64,000 bases of DNA. Origin: Planctomycetota bacterium. Its GTDB lineage: Bacteria > Planctomycetota > Phycisphaerae > SM23-33 > FEN-1343. Positions 60,301 through 64,000 of the stretch are shown here, in pieces. The DNA is taken from positions 24,217-88,216 of the forward strand of contig JAAYZK010000249.1 of the NCBI GenBank assembly GCA_012514895.1, in the 5' to 3' direction. Under the pieces are notes generated by a model. That model saw only the letters and a program-made list of their open reading frames with translations. It did no database searches and was not told the DNA's origin. The translations under genes and the position numbers were made by a program. The first letter of the stretch is position 1, and each line of letters starts with the position of its first letter.

Positions 60301-61868
60301 AGGCCCTCGACTCGGTGGCCACCCCGGCCGCCCAGATCCGGATGTTCCGCCTGGCCAACGCCGACGCCGCCCAGATGGCCACGGTGCTCAGCGAGCTGTT
60401 CCGCCTGGAGAACGCCGCCGGCGACCCCAAGGCTGCCAGCTACACGCTGACGACGGCCGACGGCGGGGCGGGCGGCGCGAGCGTCACGATGGACACGGCG
60501 GCCAAGGCGTCGCTGACGGTGACGGTCGACACGCGGACCAACACGCTGCTGCTGGGCGGGTCCCAGCAGTACGTCCAGATGGCCGCCGAGGTGATCGCCG
60601 AACTGGACAACGACCCCGGGCTGGAGCGCGTGCCGGTGGTCTACCGGCTGCGCAACGCCAAGGCGACCGACATCGAGGATGCGGTCCGCCAGTGGCTCGA
60701 CGACGAGCGCCAGCGGATCATCGACGCGATGGGCGGGGACGCCGGGGCCGTCCCGCGCCTGATGGAGCAGGAGGTGTCGGTCGTGGCGGTCACCAGCACC
60801 ACCACCATCGGCGAGACGGAGATCGAAACGTCCAACACGCTGCTGATCGCCGCCAGCCAGCGGTACCTCAACACGATCCTGTCGATGATCGACCAGCTCG
60901 ATCAGCCCCAGCCCCAGGTGCACATCAGCGTCATCATGGCCGCCGTCAGGCTCGACGAGACGATGCAGTTGGGGTTCGATTGGGACCTGCAGATGGGGTT
61001 CGAGTGGGACACCGAGAACGTGCTGAACGCCGGAACGTTCCTCGGCACGGTCGGCCAGAACGGCTTCCTGAACGGCGGGCTGAACCTCGCCGTGACGGGC
61101 GGGGACGTGAAGTTCTTCCTCCAGGCGCTGCAGAGCAAGGGCAACCTGGAGGTGATCGCGCGGCCGACGATCACGGCGATGGACAACCACCTGGCGATGA
61201 TCAACATCGCCGAGCGGGTGCCTTACCTGACCAACACGCGGATCACCGACAGCGGGGCCGTCATCAACTCCATCGACTACGAAGAGGTCGGCGTGATCCT
61301 CGAGGTGACCCCGCGGATCAGCCCCGACGGGTTCATCCTGATGGACGTGAAGCCGGAACTCAGTTCGCAGTCCGGGACGTCGCTGGACCTGGGCGGGGGG
61401 GCCTCCTCGCCGATCTTCAGCCAGCGGACGGCCAGCACCACGGTGTCGGTGCGGGACGGGCAGTCCATCGTCATTGGCGGGCTGATCGACACCTCCAAGG
61501 ACAGGATCGAGACGAAGATTCCGCTGCTGGGCGACATCCCCGTGCTGGGACGGCTGTTCCGCCGGACCGTCGACGAGGACCGGCGGACGGAGTTCCTGAT
61601 GATCCTGACGCCGCGGATCATCCGCAACGACGTCGACGCGCAGGACCTGACCCGCCGGGAGATCGGCCAGACCCACCTGTGCCCCGAGTCGCTGGCGCCG
61701 TTCAACCAGGCGCTGCTGGGCGACCAGACCGGCGAGGGCGGGCCGAGCCTTCCGGCCAACACGCCGGCGACGCTGGATGGCGGCGTCGCGCCGCGATCGG
61801 TCCGCATCCCCATGGAGCGTGCCGAGCCGCTGGGCCCGCACGTGACCGTCATCGGAGGTGCACGGTGA
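51381..61868 (+). CDS. gspD: Giant secretin (GspD/PilQ family), ~3,495 aa: signal, Pro/Glu-rich spacer, N0-like domain, ~34 Secretin_N-like modules, secretin beta-barrel domain
   Basis: ATG 51381 is preceded by GAGGAG. The C-terminus carries canonical secretin blocks (NLEVIARPTITAMDNHLAMINIAERVPY...YEEVGVILEVTPRISPDG...VSVRDGQSIVIGGLI...IPLLGDIPVLGRLFR...FLMILTPRII). Upstream is a long series of modules ending in ...ADxRTNxLhVxA....LIxxLD. Uninterrupted strong GC3 frame. Confidence 0.9.
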   Translation: MWLKRTIVSVLVVLMLAAAWQVVTAVDVQAQEAPAEALPDWEAEARQLEEIRRARANQREEVQDEGPTEPPVEEPAGEEPGEPEQPQAPQPPQGRPAVVRPALTRPSSRPSSPARAATPAPRPMPASTPPPVEAAGPGGDDRPVIYLQYQDVPITSVVRRFSQAAGKPLIGDYNVDGTITFFDSQPYTLKEAMDVINILLGMRNYYLVEDGRFLRLVTLDDSVGAPWPIQAGLDSTEGLRDEQLVTVLLPLRYLDAKEAGDLVVRMVSSFGSIAPLAKSKGLLITDRLSNIRRVAGFLKLVDTVETTEDAQMEIVELTTAKAGDVAAVIDNLWGPAAAPRRTVYDERTRRNVAQPPDPRDIIRTSHDDRTNILVISGDPAKLKLARQMIERLDTPNGAAGGEFRIYELKHANAEELAATINQTLGSPVDPRRRLPGLPGAGDGPRVTADAATNRLIVSAAVDKMAEIQRLIESLDEARAEGTGWRVVKLAHADAPQMAAIVTEATRKRDARGRVISTVSVSADPATNTLIIAGSAGDLDAAAVLIGQLDVSGASETLEVRVVRIDNGDVRTLARSLSMVLADSSPGAAGPGRRLPPQLTGGRIRIEADPVSSTLIIAAPAGEWPRIEQVLAGLESATASTEMSTQLIPLKHAAADEMAATLRQVFGPAMRRGGVPAMASPVQIAPSRQANALLVSGSPDEIARVAELVAQLDVAEAGAADPVAMIQLTAADANEVAVALKSMLPPPARGQQQSVFIAADPKSNMVMLRAPAAEREQLEAMIARLDQATSGTARETRIHPLKHVSASDLAPMLTDLYASSPADPRSGGRMRMPSLAGGDNRVVITPAPGDRALVIDAPAGRIEPILQLVASLDVESGGAAALLPRSYSLQVADAAELARSLARLFAEQQQRLPRSPMAPVAGGGEPQPRFEAERRTNTLLVAATAEQYPVIEQLIASLDAGAEPIEVTKVFPLQHADAEELSELLRTMLDAAPAAMGPGGRGGPQLRLPGDSSVRVAAQASTNSVIVQGPPEKLALAAELVAQFDVAEAGQRTVIEIVALQNAQAASLAEAVTASLAAQQGPSAPGRRGPAPAGDRRLVTVTAEPNSNSVLIRGPAAEVPAVVEMIRRLDGSGNSTTPRLKTYQLQHNDADDVADQLGTLFRDMIKQMPAAATRRGGPAPQVPFSISADGRTNSLIVSTTDAYFAMFEELLGQLEQPMTSDREVHYIPLVNADAYDLADYLRTMFPEKGPSAPIIESDLFSNSLTIIAKELDFRRMEPIIQEFDRVATVTVRVIPAAALKAEELAEQLRRIYPQVSDSQLEVVQELPARNGREATATPVVPDANIRPAGDTHGQTVPAAPNDPMHPPVLIAIDKVTNSLIVSGTAKELDTIEDLISQLSLGAQNAEEEFGWFEIKQADPESVAATLNALFNPAAAARAQARPQPQQRPGGQDDGDDDRQASRQRQPQAPPAPLPRIAVVADARTRHVIVRAKQAELDDIALIIERLDQVTTVVTEVRTFPLKNTDATEVAENLQELFRISSRRPAAPVRPGQPTLARAEAVRQMLEMEGPDGPIQVDATSMVAIAANRTTNSIVVSAPADAMKVIAGIVQELDQSAGETTRPVVRLYPVGGGDLDSLAQTIQTIFADAAGRTPRGPGGRAAAAPQQAPVIVTADQAGQVLIVSASADQHELIAKVLADVQAAQATAGAALVRVYKIRYADATQIANAVQGTFDPSSPARPGRRGPGAPAAGAALRVTADTSSNSVVISAVAEEHERIAAIIAEMDTPPGGESLVRAIPLASADAQATAQVLTRVFAPQQGGRRSAAASVVIEGNRDSRTLLVRADDETFQRIRAMAEQLDTTTASETVGVFILPLTRAKAAQMAQRITDLHGQQVAAARRGNTTVEPIAVTADERANALVLACTAEQFEQVSQWVNQIEEMNPRRGEPRILKLQYADPEEVEQAIRQLFGGSAPPRGGAAGGDLPFEMTVLPNQRQLLIEASDEDWEMIRQLVETLDTAAAAAKPEMRLFVLKHANPSRIAQSLNQMFQRLARTGRPEDAVTVTALEQTNSIVVAGSTGRIEDAARLIEQLDTETVSPEVQFRIYPLEHAQPSKVIGLLDTMLREYRRANPDQPVGLVADEPTRSIVVTGRPKAFEEIEKILAALDVEPATPATEVRILPLMKAEAGPLAEVLNEMLRPSREGQVTPEARALQEQVRRLKVVGPDGKAVPELDLTRPIKISADPAGGGGRGSNALILSSTPENVAALAAVVAIMDTVPISETVVVKIEHLRHADAASVLEVLREIFTEGAKQLAGTPGGPVAGRAQPATQPGRGLVKPLNVSADPRTNTLILSGAPDTLELASRVIADLDQEASGVATEVRLFPLQYADAVRLADVLEAVFAEEEGRGGDAAAEGVRTHATRLVRTMPGGEQLATQFPRTRAALTIEADEATNTLIVAARRDMMPLIADVIASMDIPGAGAMNGVRIVPLTHANAGTMAEMLQDLFDRRYEAARTEDLQRQKPIILPEVRTNCLLVVANASDSQVLADLLAKLDVKPVNPSVHLAVLALAHNDAGVVAPVIEDIFEARRDAMTPQGTQPAPQDQVSVEIDALNNALIVAASAENLELIRELLAKVDIEPTAVEGIVRLYPLINADAQRIAELLESLVSDGLYKPGIAVAGDSDLIEAREKVSIVADLRTNVLVVSASRENFAVIEKIIAQLDAADGYGLLGGVRLYTLKTADAETLAQTLKDFFDSKRSSEEATGGVARSLEVTIVPDARTNTLLVAGGRECFAEIEAMIARLDADGTPRGTAPTVFPLRKARAAQVVDSITQLYESQGGLEKIGLSISADERTNAVILSGGAADIERIGQIIEKLDAGNVTHVMEIRVIPLRQADATELADLLDTTLTTAPRSPNGDDAALQAMMQFIRHLPGGEQVVSRALQEGVVIAPDARANALVVVAAADAMNLLTHLIEALDSVATPAAQIRMFRLANADAAQMATVLSELFRLENAAGDPKAASYTLTTADGGAGGASVTMDTAAKASLTVTVDTRTNTLLLGGSQQYVQMAAEVIAELDNDPGLERVPVVYRLRNAKATDIEDAVRQWLDDERQRIIDAMGGDAGAVPRLMEQEVSVVAVTSTTTIGETEIETSNTLLIAASQRYLNTILSMIDQLDQPQPQVHISVIMAAVRLDETMQLGFDWDLQMGFEWDTENVLNAGTFLGTVGQNGFLNGGLNLAVTGGDVKFFLQALQSKGNLEVIARPTITAMDNHLAMINIAERVPYLTNTRITDSGAVINSIDYEEVGVILEVTPRISPDGFILMDVKPELSSQSGTSLDLGGGASSPIFSQRTASTTVSVRDGQSIVIGGLIDTSKDRIETKIPLLGDIPVLGRLFRRTVDEDRRTEFLMILTPRIIRNDVDAQDLTRREIGQTHLCPESLAPFNQALLGDQTGEGGPSLPANTPATLDGGVAPRSVRIPMERAEPLGPHVTVIGGAR
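52110..60915 (+). repeat. Protein-level tandem array of about 34 diverged Secretin_N-type (N1-N3-like) modules inside the giant secretin
   Basis: By-eye segmentation of the translation gives modules of about 70-115 aa. Each has hRhhxLxxA(D/N)A...L...hF, a variable Pro/Gly/Arg-rich loop, hxhxADxxTNxLhhxA and hxxLhxxLD. Examples: ATNRLIVSA, RTNTLLVAA, STNSVIVQG, RTNSLIVST, TTNSIVVSA, RTNTLILSG, RTNVLVVSA, RTNAVILSG. The DNA copies are not near-identical. Confidence 0.8.
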
Positions 61869-62359
61869 GGCGAGGACTGATGCTCATCCTGGCCGCGCTG
61901 GCGGCGGTGCCGGCCGGCTGCGGAGGGCCGATCCTGCGCGGCGCCGGCGGCGCCGGCCCGGCCGCCGACCAGGTCACGCTGTGGGCGGCGCCCCTGGCGG
62001 AGGACGCCGACGGCCGCTCGGGCACGGACGGCGTCTCAGTGCGCCTGATCTTCTACGACGTCGCCCCTGGGGGAAAGACCGAGGCGGTGGTCGTCCGCCA
62101 GGGGGTGGATCTGGCGATGTACGAGGGCGACCTCCGCGGCCGCCGCCTGGACGACGCCGAGCCGTTCCACGTCTGGCAGGTGACCGGCGAGCAGCTTGCG
62201 GCCTTCCGCTCGGCCTACTATGGCCTGCGCTGCTACGCCCTGACGCTCTACTGGCCCGGCCATCGCCCCGCCAGCGGCACCGTCACCCTCGTCGCACGCT
62301 ACCAGAACGAAAACGGACGCCTCCTGCAGTCCCAGCCGGCCGTGATCAGGATCCGCTGA
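61865..62359 (+). CDS. Small lipoprotein downstream of the secretin (candidate pilotin or accessory)
   Basis: GTG 61865 overlaps the secretin stop (GTGA), with GGAGG 7 nt upstream. Lipobox LAALAAVPAGC. About 164 aa with no recognisable family. Confidence 0.6.
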   Translation: MRRGLMLILAALAAVPAGCGGPILRGAGGAGPAADQVTLWAAPLAEDADGRSGTDGVSVRLIFYDVAPGGKTEAVVVRQGVDLAMYEGDLRGRRLDDAEPFHVWQVTGEQLAAFRSAYYGLRCYALTLYWPGHRPASGTVTLVARYQNENGRLLQSQPAVIRIR

Positions 62360-62410
62360 CCGGGGCCGGATCGGGGGGGAGGGGGGGATTTCGCCTCCTT
62401 GCGGTTGCCT

Positions 62411-62439
62411 TTGAACACTGCGGGGCATTGTGCTATGCT
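62411..62439 (+). promoter_or_regulatory. Candidate sigma70-type promoter (TTGAAC-17-TATGCT) for the aconitase-family gene
   Basis: TTGAAC at 62411-62416, a 17-nt spacer, TATGCT at 62434-62439. AAGGAG at 62457-62462 lies 7 nt before ATG 62470. Confidence 0.4.
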
Positions 62440-62469
62440 TCCCGCTTTGGCGACCGAAGGAGTACCCCC

Positions 62470-64000
62470 ATGGCGCAGACGTTGGCACAGAAGATTCTCG
62501 CGGCCCACCTGGTGGAAGGGACGATGACCCCCGGCAGCGAGATCGGGCTGCGGATCGACCAGACGATCACCCAGGACGCGACCGGCACGACGGCGTTCCT
62601 GCTGTTCGAGGCGATGGACATCCCCCGTGTCCGCACCGAGGTGTCCGTCAGTTACGTCGACCACAACATGGCCCAGTTCGGGCCCGAGAACCACAACGAC
62701 CATCTCTACCTGGCGTCGATCGCCGCCAAGGTGGGCGCCTACCACAGCCGTCCGGGAAACGGCATCTGCCACCAGGTGCACCTGGAGCGGTTCGCCCGCC
62801 CCGGCGCGACGCAACTGGGCAGCGATTCGCACACGCCGACCGCCGGCGGGATCGGCGCGATCGCCATCGGCGCCGGCGGGCTGGACGTCGCCGTCGCGAT
62901 GGGGGGCGGGACGTTCTACACGCCCTGCCCGCGGATCATCGGCGTGGAACTGAAAGGGCGCCTGTCGCCCTGGGTGGCCTCCAAGGACATCATCCTGCGC
63001 CTGCTGAGCATCCTGACGACCAAGGGCAACGTCGGCTGCCTGGTGGAGTACTTCGGCGACGGCGTCGCGACGCTGAACGTCCCGGCCCGCAGCACGTGCA
63101 CGAACATGGGCGCCGAACTGGGCGTGACGACCAGCGTGTTCCCCTCCGACGACGTCACCCGCCAGTTCATGGTCGCCCAGGGCCGCCAGGACCAATGGAC
63201 CGCCCTGGCCGCCGACGCAGGGGCCGCTTACGACCGCATCGCCAAGCGCCTGCACCCCAAGACCGACGCGGCCGTGATCGAGAACATCCGGCGGTACTGC
63301 ACCGACGTGAAGGTCTCGGCGCCCGACGCCTCGGGCAAGGTCGAGGTGAGCTTCGGCCGCATCGTGATCGACCTGGGCGAGCTGGAGCCGCTGGCCGCGG
63401 CCCCCGGATCGCCCGACCACGTCGTGACCGTCGCGTCCCTGGCCGGCACGAAGGTCGACCAGGTGCTCCTGGGCTCCTGCACCAACAGCAGTTACCAGGA
63501 CCTGGTGACCTGCGCGGCCGTCATGAAGGGCAGGACCGTCCATCCGGACGTGGAACTGGGCATTCACCCCGGCAGCCGCCAGGTGCTGGCGATGCTCCAG
63601 CGCGGCGGGGCCCTGGGCGACCTGGTCGCCTGCGGGGCGCGGATCCTCGAAAGCGCCTGCGGCGCCTGCATCGGCCAGGGCTTCAGCCCCGGCGACGGGC
63701 GGGTGAGCCTGCGAACGTTCAACCGCAACTTCACCGGCCGCAGCGGCACGCCCGACGATCAGGTCTACCTTGTCAGCCCGCAGACCGCCATCGCCGCGGC
63801 GGTGACCGGGCGGATCACCGACCCCCGCACGCTGAGCGAGACGCTCGGCATCCCGTGCCCGACGGTCGCGGCGCCCGAGGCGTTCGTGATCGACGACCGG
63901 ATGATCAACCCCCCGGCCGACGATCCGGCCGCCGTCCAGGTCGTCCGCGGCTCGACCATCGTCAAGCCGCCGTCCGGTGAGCCGGTCCCCGCGTCGATCG
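62470..64000 (+). CDS. Aconitase-family hydratase (aconitate hydratase-like), 3' end outside the window
   Basis: My own translation from ATG 62470 is open to the window end. It reads MAQTLAQKILAAHLVEG...IDQTITQDATG...GNGICHQVHLE...LGSDSHTPTAGG...LLGSCTNSSYQD...CGACIGQG...RTFNRNFTGRSG, which covers the Fe-S cluster Cys motifs. It is absent from the ORF track because there is no stop in the window. Confidence 0.85.
   Translation, partial: MAQTLAQKILAAHLVEGTMTPGSEIGLRIDQTITQDATGTTAFLLFEAMDIPRVRTEVSVSYVDHNMAQFGPENHNDHLYLASIAAKVGAYHSRPGNGICHQVHLERFARPGATQLGSDSHTPTAGGIGAIAIGAGGLDVAVAMGGGTFYTPCPRIIGVELKGRLSPWVASKDIILRLLSILTTKGNVGCLVEYFGDGVATLNVPARSTCTNMGAELGVTTSVFPSDDVTRQFMVAQGRQDQWTALAADAGAAYDRIAKRLHPKTDAAVIENIRRYCTDVKVSAPDASGKVEVSFGRIVIDLGELEPLAAAPGSPDHVVTVASLAGTKVDQVLLGSCTNSSYQDLVTCAAVMKGRTVHPDVELGIHPGSRQVLAMLQRGGALGDLVACGARILESACGACIGQGFSPGDGRVSLRTFNRNFTGRSGTPDDQVYLVSPQTAIAAAVTGRITDPRTLSETLGIPCPTVAAPEAFVIDDRMINPPADDPAAVQVVRGSTIVKPPSGEPVPASI

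Noticed and set aside
51294-61841. Three giant minus-strand ORFs (830, 1086 and 1516 aa) opposite the secretin
   Set aside because: They are mirror-frame artefacts of a 10.5-kb high-GC gene. The translations are R/G/D/P/A-rich with no secretin or other motifs.
62430-63980. 516-aa + strand ORF and 422-aa minus-strand ORF at the right end
   Set aside because: They are out of frame with or antisense to the aconitase-family frame, which has all the Fe-S ligand motifs.

Overview
High-GC (roughly 70%), gene-dense bacterial chromosome segment. I found no rRNA, tRNA, CRISPR array or transposase/integrase. Likely origin is Planctomycetota, possibly Phycisphaerae-like. This is an inference from LEPR-XLL-type N-terminal motifs, dockerin-like tails, many Hanks kinase/FHA parts and the very high GC. 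The window holds two envelope-machine loci separated by housekeeping and accessory genes. (1) nt 2-10668 is a translationally coupled operon: Ser/Thr kinase, TadG-like, TadE-like, CpaB, FHA-fused CpaF ATPase, TadB, TadC and an FHA-TM protein. It looks like a Tad/Flp-type pilus module wired to phosphothreonine signalling, with no pilin, prepilin peptidase, TadZ or secretin in view. (2) nt 41838-62359 is a T2SS/T4P-like operon: GspE, GspF, GspG, four minor pseudopilins, a PilM-PilN-like fusion and a PilO/GspM-like protein with a PilP/GspC-like tail. It ends in a ~3,495-codon secretin that I read as one N0-like domain, about 34 diverged tandem Secretin_N-type modules and a canonical secretin barrel, followed by a small lipoprotein. 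This giant secretin is the most unusual object in the window. Between the two loci lie ppdK, argJ, rplM-rpsI, ogt, mntP, a GH31 hydrolase, an amidohydrolase, an FkbM methyltransferase, two tandem PilZ proteins and three secreted LEPR-XLL/dockerin-type proteins. The window ends in a 3'-truncated aconitase-family gene (its 3' end lies beyond nt 64000) that the ORF track omits because it runs off the edge. Many ORFs of roughly 300 to 1,500 codons on the opposite strand or in shifted frames are high-GC artefacts and were rejected. All function calls come from reading motifs in the translations; no database search was run.
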